Source: Asterias rubens (taxonomy: Eukaryota). Taken from it: a stretch of DNA of 64,000 nt. This document shows, piece by piece, positions 36,101 to 49,334 of the stretch. Within the stretch, counting starts at the first letter, position 1. The number at the start of each line of letters is the position of its first letter. The translations under genes were made by a program, and so were the position numbers. The notes below the pieces were generated by a model, which worked only from the letters and a program-made list of their open reading frames with translations, ran no database searches and was not told the origin of the DNA. The stretch is from the NCBI RefSeq assembly GCF_902459465.1, contig NC_047064.1:2976001-3040000 (forward strand), written 5' to 3'.

Positions 36101-38689
36101 CACAGTGAAGTTCACTTTTCCATTCTACATTTTTCCTCCTGCTTGCAGCTGTGATCGGTGATAGCCTAGTTATTGCCCTTTATCGAAACTAAAGCTTGAC
36201 CCTACCCTAAGCTCCGGTAGCATTTTTAAAAATGTGTGCTTCTGGTACGAATTAGCTTCAGACGGAGACGGGCAGAGAGCCTGTACTGAGCCTAATAATC
36301 GTAGTTTCGAAAACAAAATCGAAGCGTGCGCTGAACGCAATTGTGTTTGCCGCCCTCATGTGGTGAAGATATGCCATCGTCTTATTGCCGCTGATGTACA
36401 AAACATTCCCGCAGGAAAGTCACATTGTTTGTTTATACAAATTTAACTCAAACTCAGTGAATGGATATTTCAACAAGGGTTTCCAACATTTAGGACACGG
36501 CTGTCGGTTGATATTCACACCTACCCACCTTTTGGAGGCATTTCAAATACCGGTAAGTAGGCTTATATTTATTTTATTTTACTTTTGTTTTGCCTTTCGC
36601 AGTGTGATCTCAAGTTGATGCGTGCAGATTGGCATGTCACGAGTGACATGTCACACTCACGTCACAGACTGCTTGTGGTTGTCAAACTTATCTGGGTCGG
36701 GCTTACTTTCATGTGTAAATATTAAGTGTCAATAAAGTATACTTATGACCATCTTAAGGCCTCCACTCCAGTCAAAACTTTTTCAAGGAGCATTTCGCAG
36801 AAAAATAACCAAGAACTTGGGCTTATCGGATCGGCGAGTTTCCCTGTGTCTCCACTGGACTGAGTGTAGTCTGCACTGCCAAAAAGGGATATATCATATA
36901 TCATTGAGGTAAATTAGATACTATATTATTTCATATAGAATGAAAAAGTGGTGGCGCCATACGGAAACTTTTCCCTTATTTGAAATGGAATAAAATTAAA
37001 TGGCTATCTAGCCAGAACCGTAGCTAGATGCAGTAACTGGTGTGCCGTACTCCTGATCCTGTCATTGTGACAGGATAAATCGTTCCATCTCTGTATATAC
37101 TGGCATGTTATATAGCGCCCTCTTTGACAGCCATGTTTCAAAGAGGAAACAATCCCAGTTACCCAGGCGACATGATCTGAAATAAAATCCTGCCCTTAAA
37201 AAACAAAAACAAAATTCAAAAGAAAAGTTATTCTTCCTTCAATATTATTTTAATTGACTCCTACCTACATATTGAAATAGATTTTTAAAACCTTTTTTTC
37301 TTTCTCTGATCTGTTTGGCTCTGGCAGAGAGATTGTGTTTTAAAAGGATAATATTTGTAATGTCAAATTGATTCCCATCTTGTGAAATACGAAATCACAA
37401 TGATATATACATTATTTGTTGGTGCAGAACAGAACTTGTTTTCATGTTTAAGTATATTATAATGGATTAATTATTCATAATATTTAAAGGTGACAGTGAA
37501 TAAAATAGAAAACTTCATCTGTGTGGCTTTGAGTCATTGTCTTCCACAATCCCTCATAAATTCCAAATCCCACCAAAACTTCAAAAGTAGTTACATTCAC
37601 AATCTTGGCCTAAACGACAACAACATAAAACCGAATTAGACGACGCTCTCCTGACCTCCTTGTTAAGTTCCCCAGCGGAAGCTTCAGGAGAAAAACCTAC
37701 CAAGTACCAAGTTAGGGTGAATGACTGTAGAGCAGTAAAATTGTAATGTTTTATTATTATACTGTAGGGCTACAAACTGATAATAAAACCATGGCTGCCT
37801 AATAAGTGCACTCCTGTAACTCGCTAGCCTGAGGAAACCTTTAAACAAAGGTGCTTGCTATGTGAATCAGAAGCACTTGGGGTTAACCCAGGCTACCCTT
37901 CCTCAATATGTTTTCTGTGTTCTATGTGCACGGCCAATCCTAGTACTTACATTGAACTAAAGGACAACAATGGTTTGTTCAAGGACACAAGTGCCACATC
38001 CTGGACATCCTCGAACCCACACTCTGTCTTATCAGTAACACTAGAGCTTGAGACTGGTGCTTGGCCATGTCACACAATAAGGTGTGGATTAAAGAGACAA
38101 AAGACAGAATGAATAGCTAATTAGTCAGGCCATTTGATTTTTTGTTTTGTTTTTGTGATGTAACAGTTTTCTTTGTCCATCTATATTAAATGCTTCATGA
38201 ACATTTTGAACTTTGAATTGAGCATGCCCCTTTAATGTTGTTTGATTAAAGGCCTGAGACAGTCATCCCATAATTATTTATGCAACATCACGTCTGTGCA
38301 TGACAAAAAGCTTGATCCTTGGGCTTGACAAACGTGACCCTCTGACCACTATTCATCACCTCGAATCTTTAGAGCAGTGCTGCCCAGCGGCCAAGGGTGG
38401 CTGCCACTGTCATCGAGGTGGTACAGACAATTGAAGACAATGAAGGGTTTTTAAGATGATTGGAAGATGGTCAGAGGGTCCTTCTTTAAGATAATAAAGA
38501 AATAAGCCTGATGGGGTAGAGTAATTCTGCATGGCCTTTCTTTTCTTTATTTATTATGCACAGACATGTTCATTATGGCCTCCCAGTTACATATTTACTT
38601 ACTTAGGCCATGGAGGAAAATTAGACCTCTGCTGACACCTCTTCCCACCTTCCTTGTCTATTGTTCCTTTCTCCACCATTTGTAATGAA

Positions 38690-38935
38690 TGTCTTGGATG
38701 TCCTTGAGGTGTACAATTGTATAGAGCAGTCACATCTGCAGGTCAGTAGTTCATTGTCCAGCAGCTCTATAATGTGAGTTTTTCTTTGATAGATTCCTTC
38801 AAGGTTAGGATACAAATTTGCTTCTCTGACCACTTGTATGCCCTCTTTGCTAGTATTGTTGTCAAGTTTGTGTTCAATAAAAACCAGCACCCCTGTCAGC
38901 AGGTTTACTCACTGGCTGCCCTCTGTCCCCCCCCC
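38690..38935 (-). pseudogene. Probable Penelope-like (PLE) reverse transcriptase relic
   Basis: With two frameshifts: RGQPVS...VFIEHKL...GIYQRKTHIIELLDNELL-TADVTALY. This resembles the PLE RT motif order GRPIVS..S.F.D..L..SY.KDT.H.L..L..LVT.DVTSLYT. Confidence 0.5.
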
Positions 38936-39289
38936 ATGGGTTACTCAATAAACATCCACTGTCTCTGCCCTCTTGATGGTCCATCTTTATGTCATTAAAT
39001 TCAATTTAATTCAAAATTAGTTTATTTTCATATAAAAAAACAACATCAAATAAAAAGTCACAGACTATTGGCATTTGGTTACCTCCAAAATATGTACTTC
39101 GTATATTACAAATAAATACAATACTAAAAATATTACTTGAATTAAACAGACAGCACTAAAAAGGGTGACAACAAAATTGTGGACACAAAACTAAAAGCAT
39201 AACATGCCATCATTACAAATGTGAACATTCTTTGAGATCAACACAACTGCCCCTCCCTCCTTACTGTACTAACACCATCATAGTCCACA

Positions 39290-39715
39290 CCCTTCTCCCA
39301 GTAGCCCCTTCCCCTCCCAGAAGTTAACCCAGTAATCGTCTGGCATTGAGGTCCCCCTCCCTCCTCCTCTTTCACAACGACCCGCTCTCCTCCATCATAG
39401 CCCACCCCCTGCCCCCTCCCTCCCCCAAAGTTAACCTCTTCGTAGTAAGTGTCCTGTGACTGTCTACGTGGCCATGTTAAAATGTCCATGTTTTTTCCTC
39501 AAACCCAATCATCTGGAATTGATGGGTTAAACAAGTACCCTTGATGTCCCCCTCCTCCTCCTCTTACCCAACTACCCACTCTCCTCCACCATAGCCCACC
39601 TCCTTGTCCCCTCCCTCCCCAAAGTTCCCCTTTGTAATGAGCGTCTTGTGACTCTGTACGTGTTTTTTTTTCTCCAAACCCAATCATCTGGAATTGATGG
39701 GTTTAATAAGTAACG
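39290..39715. repeat. ~175-bp degenerate tandem with C-rich tracts
   Basis: AAACCCAATCATCTGGAATTGATGGGTT at ~39501 and ~39676; repeated CCATCATAGCCCACC. Confidence 0.7.
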
Positions 39716-40410
39716 CGGCTACCCCCTTTCAAGTGTTGACACACACTGCTCCACGTGTTTGGTCTACTCTCCTACTACAGTGACTCTTTAGTCAAAATTG
39801 TAATCATTTTCTCTGAACTACACCGATTACCTGCCAAGTCCCAGAGAACCAGAGTCTATTTAAACAGTAAATTATGTTTGCTGGAAATTGTTGATTTATT
39901 ACCACCCAGCTACAGTTACAATTGCGCAAAGGAAAAATGTGTTAAATGAGACTAAGATGTTGTCTGTTTAATGTCAAGTTATGCAGCACTTGACGTCTGC
40001 ATCAGTCTGCTTACGTAGTCCGGGCTGAGGTACAAACAACGAGAAGTCATTTTAATTATTTATAATGGAACATTCCATATTCATTGTGAAGCCGGAAGTA
40101 ATGAATTCTACAATTCAGTTTCCACTGTCTAAACAACCAGGCTAATCAGGCTTTGGATGTCGATTTATAAAGGGGAATCGTTTTCATTCTGCAAAGGACA
40201 CTTCCATTTGACACTCTTAGGAAACTATGAATGGGCACCAAGGCCAAGACCAGGGGCCACAAAGCCATGGCCTCTGTGGCCCTCAGGTAATTCCAGGCGT
40301 GGCCAATCAGGACTCAAATGCCCGAGGACAGTAGTTTTAATGTCGAGCCTAGTGTAAACTCATGACTGTATCAGCACAATTACGTACGTACAGCTCAGTC
40401 TTGTGTTTTT

Positions 40411-40558
40411 CAATGGGAGACTTTTGGAAGGTTGGTGGCAGCAGACTTAGCAGGTAAATCCATTGTTCTCGGTCATGTGCGCACGCTCAGAACTACGTTA
40501 AAAATGGAAATGTATCTGTTAAGTCTGCTGCCACCTAGCATCCCAAAGTCTCCCATTG
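40411..40558. mobile_element. Palindromic MITE (second copy at 52195-52345)
   Basis: CAATGGGAGACTTT...GGTGGCAGCAGACTT / AAGTCTGCTGCCACC...AAAGTCTCCCATTG. Confidence 0.75.
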
Positions 40559-43500
40559 AATATATGAGAACCTCACTCTGTCTTATATATCTCAAACATT
40601 TAAGTAAGGTATGTTGAAACGTTGACTTTGAGATTGATCATAAACACCTTACAATTCTATTGAGTAGTGAAGTATGTAAACCCATGATGAATCTTCTCTT
40701 GTAACGCGTGTCATATAGAGAGTGCTTGTTGAAATATAAAAAGTATGCATGTTTAAACTGCTCTGCTGGTCCTGTTAGAAACATTCTGAGCCCTTACAAA
40801 TGTACTGATGAGCAAACGAGCCTGTTTGGTCTTGTGGGTTTGTTTTCCAAAAATCGAGCCCTGTCCACTGTTTTTGTAAAAAGTTAAGGAATTTCTTTCG
40901 GAGTGTGTTTTGCAGTGTAGTAAGTCGATGTTGATAACAGCCTTGTCCTGTGTGGATAAACTCCATGGCAATGCCCCCCACCACACCCACCCGACACCTT
41001 CGGATGAATCCTAAACCAGACAAGCATTATTTCACCTTCAAAATATCACCCATAACTGGAGAATTCTTAGTCAGTTCACCCATAGCGCGAGATGCTGCAC
41101 TGTAAAAGCACAGTGCACCATGCCAAGTTGACGTCCAGTGCAGTCATAGGTGAGATTTGCATCAATAATCAACAGAAATCAGGTGAGACATTGAAGTGCA
41201 TGGCACGGTGAGATCTTTGTGTATAGTGCAGCCTTAAGAGTGTACAGTCACCTTGACAAGACAGCCTTGCATGAAAGTTTCCAGATTTCATTTCAAATTC
41301 GACCTTTAGATTTTATATGAAATTTTTGTGTGTGTTTCCGTCAGTTTTTTCATTTGTAGGGGTGGGTTTCATCAGTTGTAGTGTTTGGAAGTGCACTATC
41401 CTTTTTGGTTGAAATCAAGTAGATTTATTGGATTTTTTCATTTCAAAAAGTGTTTTTATTTTATGTAGTTAAAAATATAATATCTATATCTGTGTTGTTA
41501 TTAAAAAGCCAAAGAGTGGATGTAGGTGGGTTGAAAATAATATTATTATTTGTAGGGCGCACTTTATCTGTTCATTCTAAATTCTCAGATGTGTACATTA
41601 CATGTAGGTCAATCTGACAAGAAGTGTTTACAGAGATTGTTGGAAGCAGTAAAGAGTTCCAGAAGCAATAACAGAAATTCACAGCTAACCTGTGAATGTG
41701 CTTGACGTTACTGGGGAATTCCCTGCTTCAATAAGACCGCAGATTCTATATTTACAGTAAGCAGAGCCATAACTTAGCCAGTGCCAGTGAATGTTCACTG
41801 GTGTTCCAAGGCTTCTCCCACGCATACTAGAGTCAAAACACCCTTCACTCCCAAGACAATGCACGAACGGAGCTCAGTGGGGGAGGAAGGGGGTATTATG
41901 TTCACTTGCTTGTGTTTTCCTGATAATCATGCGCTAGTTTTTTAGCCAGCTTGCCTGATTACGCTCTGGCATAAAGCAGTGTCTTCATTCCTTTGCAAAA
42001 CTGGGGCAGATGAGCGTAAAGAGCTTAACCTTTAATTATTCCTCTCTTTACCCCTTGCTTCTTATACTCTCCTCTGTCATTTTTAACAATTCGTCATCGG
42101 GTCATATCATTTCTGCTCATTCATCTGACTCATAATTTATATTCCAAAGTCAAGGGTAACCCTACGCCATCCCCTTGGGTATTATTAATAATTACTGGGG
42201 ATAAGACGCACAATAATAATGCAAACAATATTATGAGATTTAACGACAGACGTTTGTCTGTCTCTGAAGGACACGCTACCATGAAAGCATTCAGGTCCAA
42301 TGCCGATTTTGAGGGGTGGAATTTAATAGTGGAGTTAAAGTCACAGTCTAGATGAACCCAATTACCTTTATTACCTAACCCGGATCAAGAGCGGTCAGCT
42401 GCACAGGCCGGAAAAGAATTTGTTTGCGAGGGAGCGGAGAATTGATTTAGACTGGCTGGGAGGAAGCGACCTGCCCATTGCAAGTAAACAAACGGTAATT
42501 TTGTTGAATTCGTTGTCTTTTATTTGTTCAGGTTCATGGATATGTAGAACAAAATGCATGATTTTTTAAATGTCAGCTGCATAAATCTGACTTATGTTCT
42601 CTTATTCTGGGACTATTTCAACTTGATATCAAAGAAAATGTTTTGACTATATTTTGAAACAAAAAAATGATGCGTTTGAATTTTTGAAGTAGAGACGGAG
42701 GATTTGTAGATTTACAACATTTTAGGCCTACATTAAAGATGAAAAGCTAAGCCTATTGGTTATTTATGTTGCATCTTGTGTAAAATTATTTGGATATGTA
42801 ATTATTTTGGGCCTAATGATTTGGTTGAGCTGTGAATTTGAATTTTAATGTGAAAACACCTGTTTCATCGAAAGGCTTGAGAAGGAAATTGTGATTACCG
42901 GTCGCAATTTTCTGCTAAGCAAAAAGTAGAAGGGAACCAGTCACAGATGGCATTACACCATGGTATTTTCGGCAATTAACCTTGTTCTGGCAGACAGATT
43001 TTATTTGTGTTCAGCAACTTTAGGAAACAGTGTCCAGGGAAAAAAACCCAGAATCGGCTAAATAAAAATATTTTTAAAAGATGGTAACATTTTTTATCCT
43101 TTCCTCATACACTTGTCCTAGTCAGAAGAAGCTAAATAAAAACATCTGAAGTCAAAATTCTCTGTAAGTGGTCTTGCTTGCAACTGTACATTGTATTGTT
43201 AAAATGCGGCCCCAGTTAAATATGGATGAGTCTAAAAGCTGACTGATTAGTGACATGGCTTAACAAACTGGTCTCATTGGCTGCTGATTAAGCGTAAACA
43301 CGCAGTACTAGATTGCAATCAGAGCGGTACCAATTTTGTACCTTTATCTAACAATCATTTTTAGTATCTAATTTTCCACTATACATTGTACATGTATGTA
43401 CATGAGTTTTGAGTATCAAGCCATGAGCTACCACCCACATTTGTCTGACTGAACTTGAAGTAATTTGTTGATATGCTCATTCCAGTTATCCTACATACTA

Positions 43501-44032
43501 AAGTGTGTGATTTATCTCTCTTCAACAAACTCTTCTCCTTTAATTTTGTTTCCATTACACACATACATCATGTACACCAAAACATGAGTAATATGAGCCT
43601 GATGAACTTTTTTTCATGATTTTCATGAGTGATACACTGTTACCTTTTTCATGTACCAAAAATAATTGCAACAACTTGCAACTCAAGAAAAAAAACACCT
43701 GAAACATTACTGGCATAGAAGCAGGATCACCCCCCCCCCCTTCAAAAGTAATAGGAACAACTATTACCGTTTAAATGCTGTTTTCAATGATCTGCTTTTA
43801 TGTTGACATTATTTAATGATTTTAAAAACATTGCCAAGAAGTTGCTCTATTGATGGCACACTACATCGTTTAGTGGACACAAAAACATGATGCATATTTA
43901 CCGCTTGGCCCAAATGCTTCATATGCACTTGTCCATGAATTTGACCAGAAGAAATATCATGTATTGATCTTGTCTTGTATTGATTGATGCATGTAAAATC
44001 TACAATTGCTCGAAGGAGCAGCAGCACTACAC

Positions 44033-44306
44033 AAATACCCGATGTGTTTAGTTTGAACTTTACATGCATGCTTTTTAAAAATCTCTGCGATTTGCAGGAA
44101 TGCTTCGTGAGAATTCAGCACATTTCAGCTGCTTGAATTATGTGATGTGCCTCGCTTTTTAGTCAAGGAAATACCCGATGTGTTTAGTTTGAACTTTACA
44201 TGCATGCTTTTTTAAAATCTCTGCTATTTGCGGGAATGCTTCATGAGAACTCAGCACATTTCAGCTGCTTGAATTATGTGATGTGCCTCACTTTTTAGTC
44301 AAGGAA
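44033..44306. repeat. 136-bp tandem duplication (2 copies)
   Basis: AAATACCCGATGTGTTTAG...TAGTCAAGGAA repeated with few differences. Confidence 0.9.
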
Positions 44307-44429
44307 CCTAAACAAGATTAACATCTGGGAAAATATTTAGATCAAAAATTGATGTTGTAAATGTATGTGAAGAATGGACAACATTGACAGCAAGGTGAGC
44401 TAATAACACTTGTTTGTTTATATATTTAA

Positions 44430-44730
44430 AACAGATGTTAAATTTGCATCAGGTATACAAGGAATATTATTTGGTTTTAACCTTGCACCAATGTGTGGAA
44501 GTATACTCAGTAGTATTTTCCCAGAGTCCTGTGAAAAAAATCCATAATCACCCGGTTGGGATTCGAACCCCACGAACTTTGCCACTGATATTGCCAGCAG
44601 CCCGAGGCAGCCTGAATCCTATTTTAACAGGGGGTACCGCAACAATGTTATTTTACATCAATGTTAAATTTGCATCTGGAAAAAGAATATTTTTTGGGTT
44701 TTTACCCATACACTGTGTGTAAAGCACACT
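44430..44730 (-). mobile_element. Older partial-tandem copy (~1.3 units) of the 258-bp element
   Basis: ATGTTAAATTTGCATC occurs twice; GGGATTCGAACCCCACG is the reverse-strand B box. Confidence 0.7.
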
Positions 44731-45651
44731 TACGTGTAACACCAGCAGCGAAGTCTTTGCTGCTCAGGCTGTGCTGAGTGCCTTCTTTGCCCCCCGAAGA
44801 TTGAGAAAGTCAAGTCACAGCGCAAGATAACGGATTTCTTCCATGAACATACTTTTCTGAGACATGTGAAGGAATAAATGGCTTCAATTGTTTATTCTTT
44901 ATATTTTGTTGTTTAAGCTTCAAATTTTCAAATTTACAACTAATTTTGTTTGTATAGTTTGTCCAATTTAAAGCGTTATATCTTTGCAAAGTACTCCAAA
45001 ACCACCTCATACATGTATGGTTTTTTTTGTCGCTCTTGTTTGAAATGATTGGCAATCCAAAAGTGCAAGGGCCATGTCACTCCAGGCAATTTACAGGCAA
45101 CCGTGGTTCCAGGCAATCTCGAAAAAGAAAACATTCATAGTTTCAATCTTGATTAAAGTTTGTTGCAGGAATAAATAAGAAAGTGCCAGAAGAATCACTG
45201 TTCTACTGAAAGTGTTGTTTTTTTTGCATCCAGTGCAGTTCGTTGCCTCTTAAATCGCCCTGTGTGACGTGGCCTTAGTACAATGAATAAGGATTCCTTC
45301 ATGAAAAATTTAACTATTGACCGTATGAAAGCAACAAAGGACAAATAGGAAGATAGATAATAGGAAAGATGAGAAAATTCAGACTTTTATCTGTATTCAG
45401 ACTTTTTTATGCCTGCCTGACGAAAAAAAAATTGCTGTTTTTTTCTTCAGAAATAAGAAATCCTGCTTTTTGATCTACCCAGTACTTCTCAGCACTGTGG
45501 ATACTGTTCCCAAAAACTAAATCAAATCTTTTCCTTTGCGCCCCTTCAAAAGTTTCCCAGTAATTTAAAGATTTTCCAATGGAAGTGCCCGTTCCTCACA
45601 GTGTGTTATACTATCAACAGCTCTCCATTGCTTATTACAATTTTTTTCCAG

Positions 45652-45820
45652 CCGTCGATTTCACCAAACTCTTCCTAACTTAGGATTTATCTTAGGACTT
45701 TAGGACGGGTTCAGATCCGTATCCAAATACGCAGGACGCTTTGAACCCATCCTAAGTTAGGACGCATTACTCGTCCTAACTCGAGTTAGGACTAATCCTA
45801 GAGTTTCGTGAAATCGGCTG
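45652..45820. mobile_element. Harbinger-type MITE (related to 30254) inserted in a K1 TIR, CAG TSD
   Basis: cag|CCGTCGATTTCAC ... GTGAAATCGGCTG|cag; the flanks rebuild the K1 end ttccagtgcctttaa. Confidence 0.78.
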
Positions 45821-46846
45821 CAGTGCCTTTAATTTGGATCTTAGTTTTAGACTTCTTTTTTTTTCAACAACGATTCTCACCCCTGATTTAAATAAATCTC
45901 TCCTCTGGTTTCTGTTGATTTAAAATATTTCCTCTTTTTCAATTGTAGATATAATTTTATGAAGTAAAGACTAAATGAACAACACTATCTTTAACAACAA
46001 ATAGTCAGCTGCTAAACAGTGGCGGCGGGGGGGGGGGAGGGGCTTTAAAATCGTAGACAGTCCGTTATCCTTCAAATCTTGTTCAGGAAGTTGCAAGAGT
46101 AAATCGCCAATTACAACTGAATTATCATTGAAACAGGCATACCAATCATATCAAGTCTAAGCATTTTGGTGTTGAGTTACCAGAGAGTGCAGTAGTTTGG
46201 TAGATAAGGGAGGGCGAGCAAATAATGAGGCCCAGAAAACACAGATGTAAAATGCTGAAATAACTTCCAGAATTAGATAAACCCAAGCTATTATTAGTAA
46301 CTCGAACACTTGAAATCGGCGTGAGGAATTTCTTGATGATACAAAACGAGGCTGGTAATGTGGTCATATGGAGCACAGATTGTGACCAAGTTAAGCCGAC
46401 TTCCATGTCAACTCAAGTATGTGGTCATGAAATGCAAGTATTTTGAGCATAAGCTATTTGGCTTGCACATGCAAACTATTTAATGTGTACATTTGAAATA
46501 CATGAATGTTTTGTGCACCAATTTTGACATTAACTGGGTTTTGTTTTGGTTTTGTTTTATATTTTTTGGCAAAAAGAGAGCTCACTATTAAAAGCCATTG
46601 CCAAATTTGATAAAGCACAATGATTGTCTAAGCACCAAACAATTTTGGTTACTGGAAAAGGGTAACCAGCCAAAATAATGTCATGTGCACAATTTGTGTC
46701 TGGGTAAGCATAAATTGTTTAATGCACTGTTTCTGCCTGAAGTTGCTCTATAAAGTTTAGTCCAGATTAAAACACTTGACAAATAATTGACCACAAAAAA
46801 TCATGTTCAAAAAGTCAAAAAGTTATTATCCAAAGCAACCCACCAG

Positions 46847-47103
46847 GGGCCAATTTCTTGGTGTGCTTAATGGTAAGCAGATTTTCGTGCTTGCTTTAAC
46901 AGAAAAAATTGCTTAAGCATTCACAGGTTAGCAACAAAATAAGGCAGCCAGCATGCGCTTTAACCATGCATTTGCATGGCTACGTCATTCATTTTCATAC
47001 AGTAAGCACCGGAAGGTAAGCTTTCCTTTTCGTGTGCTGATGGAACGGAAACTCGCGCATTAAGCAAAAAATCAGCCGTTAAGCAGCTCGTTGAAATTGG
47101 GCC
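46847..47103. mobile_element. Harbinger-type MITE with CAG TSD
   Basis: cag|GGGCCAATTTC ... GAAATTGGGCC|cag. Confidence 0.72.
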
Positions 47104-47949
47104 CAGCCCAACCACAGATGGGGACTTGTCTTGAAGCACTGAGTATGGAGGGTTTTCCTTCCTCCCTGAACTACAAGCTAAAAGGCATCGTGCATGCCTT
47201 ACAGACGTGGTGGGCTTTTAAGTGGAAAGTCCATTGTGTGGATTAATTCCAGTTTTAACCATAATTTATTGTGTTATTAATAAAGCAGCCTGGAAGTCCC
47301 CATCAGGTGAGTCACCCACTTAGCTTTGTTAAATGTTTTCGTTTCATTCCCTGAATTGTCAGCAATCTTGAGTACAATAACAGGCCCCGAAGACATCTCA
47401 TCTCTTTCATCCCCACCATCGCCACCGAATCCCCAAATATTATTCCGTTCTGTGGTGCTAATCCTTGCCCCATCGGATGAGGAGACTTTCCCCTTTGGAT
47501 CTCTTAGATTGAAAGACGAAGGGTGACCGGAGCAAATTTCCCCCGGTATGTGGCCGGGTATTGTTATGCAGATGAGCTATCAGCCCCAAGAGTCCTCTGC
47601 TTATGGACTCATTTTCCGATGAGCGTGTGTGCGTTAGAGGTCTTAACTTAGGCTAATTGCCTTAATCCATGTTCTAAATCAAACAGGCTAAGCGTGATTG
47701 TTTACCCCCTCTAGCAGGGATTTTATTCCGTCAAAGCAGTGCGCATTTCAATGAGAACATTACCATACTTATTAAAAAAAGTTTCATCATGGACTATGTG
47801 GAGCTCACTCTTGATGTTGGGCGCTTTTCTTTGTGTACAAATTTCCTTGAAATTGGACTCTCAAAGATGTGCAATTCACACAATAGAACATCATGATAAG
47901 TTTCAGACAAAAGATGCTTGTAATTTAGAAGATATCAGTAGAACTACCA

Positions 47950-48260
47950 GTAGACCAGGTCAAGGTATGCGTATGGATTCAAGCTCTGGTGTTTCTGATC
48001 AGCAGAGTGTAGGTTTGGGTCCCAGTGAGTCTTGACACTTGAAGGAAGACTGTCCTCAAGCAATTAGACATTTTAACATTATTGCTTCTCCTGATCCTTT
48101 GGATGGGAGGTTCGATGTACGGCCACAGACCCTATGTGTTGTGTGATGCAAGTAAAAGAACCCAGTTACACTTATCACCATTAGAGAAGAGGTTTCCCTT
48201 CTTCATTTTTGGCAGTGGCTGCTAATTGCTGCAGCATCTTATAAACCCTCAGAAGTTTCT
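47950..48260 (+). mobile_element. Second SINE family S2 (Deu-domain-like centre); related pieces at ~37900-38070 (-) and 52113-52190
   Basis: Shared CAAGCTCT.GTGTT.CTGAT..G.AGAGTGT.GG head and TGTGTTGTGT.ATGCA core. The Deu assignment is by recollected similarity only. Confidence 0.5.
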
Positions 48261-48326
48261 ACATAAATGTGTCTCGTAATACAAAACATAGCTCGTGTTA
48301 TCCTGTTGAAAAAACAAATAAGCGCC

Positions 48327-48580
48327 TTAAAGGAACACGTTGCCTTGAATCGGACGAGTTAAAGCGTTTGTAACCATTTGTTATAAAATGCATACTGGTA
48401 GAAAGATGTTTTAAGAATAGTCGGCCATATATGTTTTGACTCCCATAATTGGCCGACTGTTTGTTCGCAGAGTAAAAGGAAAACCATGCAATTTCGAGGC
48501 AAGTTTGTTTGGATCATTGTACTGTTACAAACGCTTTACAAAGTCCAACCTGTCTGATCCAAGGCAACGTATTCCTTTAA
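48327..48580. mobile_element. Kolobok-like MITE
   Basis: TTAA|AGGAACACGTTGCCTTG ... CAAGGCAACGTATTCCT|TTAA. Confidence 0.8.
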
Positions 48581-49334
48581 TATGCCCCTAGTGGTGTAAT
48601 AAAGCGCTTGATAAGAGCGCAGTTTTACTATTATTAACTGTTGTACACAGAACGTACAAATTCATTTAATAAAACCATGGTATACTCAAGTGTACAATAC
48701 CGAAAGGGCAATAAGTAAAAGGGACTGCCCTGGCTGACATGTGAACCAACCAAACAATAAACCATAAGTGCGCTGTGCGTTAGCCTCCTCCTCAGCCACT
48801 TCAAACAAATCACATGATTAAAATCTATAAAAAGGAAGTGATTTCCAGCAAAGGATCTCGTAATCTTTTTCGAGCAGCATTACTCGCTCGTACAGTCACC
48901 CCTATTTCTTTGTTATACTCCTAACTCTGATGCAGCGTTAAGCAAGAGCTCACTTCGATGAACATGTACATGTACAGTATTGCATCAATAATCAGAATGA
49001 AAAATACATTGTGTACCGGGCGAGACAGTATATTCAGTTAACGGTAGCAAATTAGATATCAAATACTAACTCTTCAGATTTCTTGCTCGTTGTTGTCAGT
49101 TTGGTCACGTAAGACTTAACAATGTTCGGTATTCATGCTATAATCTGAAGTTGTTCTGAGTGCTGCTTTGCATGGAGAAGAATTTTATACAGGTACGTGC
49201 ATCGTACAATTGCTCAGATGTATCCCAAGTGCTTTATTAAACATCGGTGAAAGATTTAAGGCCCGGTCCCACTGCAGCGATAACGAAAACAATAAAGATT
49301 ATAGGATTCATAAAGCGGATTCATAGGAAAGATC

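Noticed and set aside
40784-40815. CTGATGAG followed by a hairpin (hammerhead candidate)
   Set aside because: No GAAA after stem II.
47250-47575. ~100-codon open frame on the minus strand (…SGPVIVLKIADNSG…)
   Set aside because: No start codon or clear acceptor and no recognisable domain; this length is expected by chance in 64 kb.
47739-48035. 98-aa ORF, and 37855-38112
   Set aside because: Their 3' parts are SINE S2 sequence in sense and antisense orientation.
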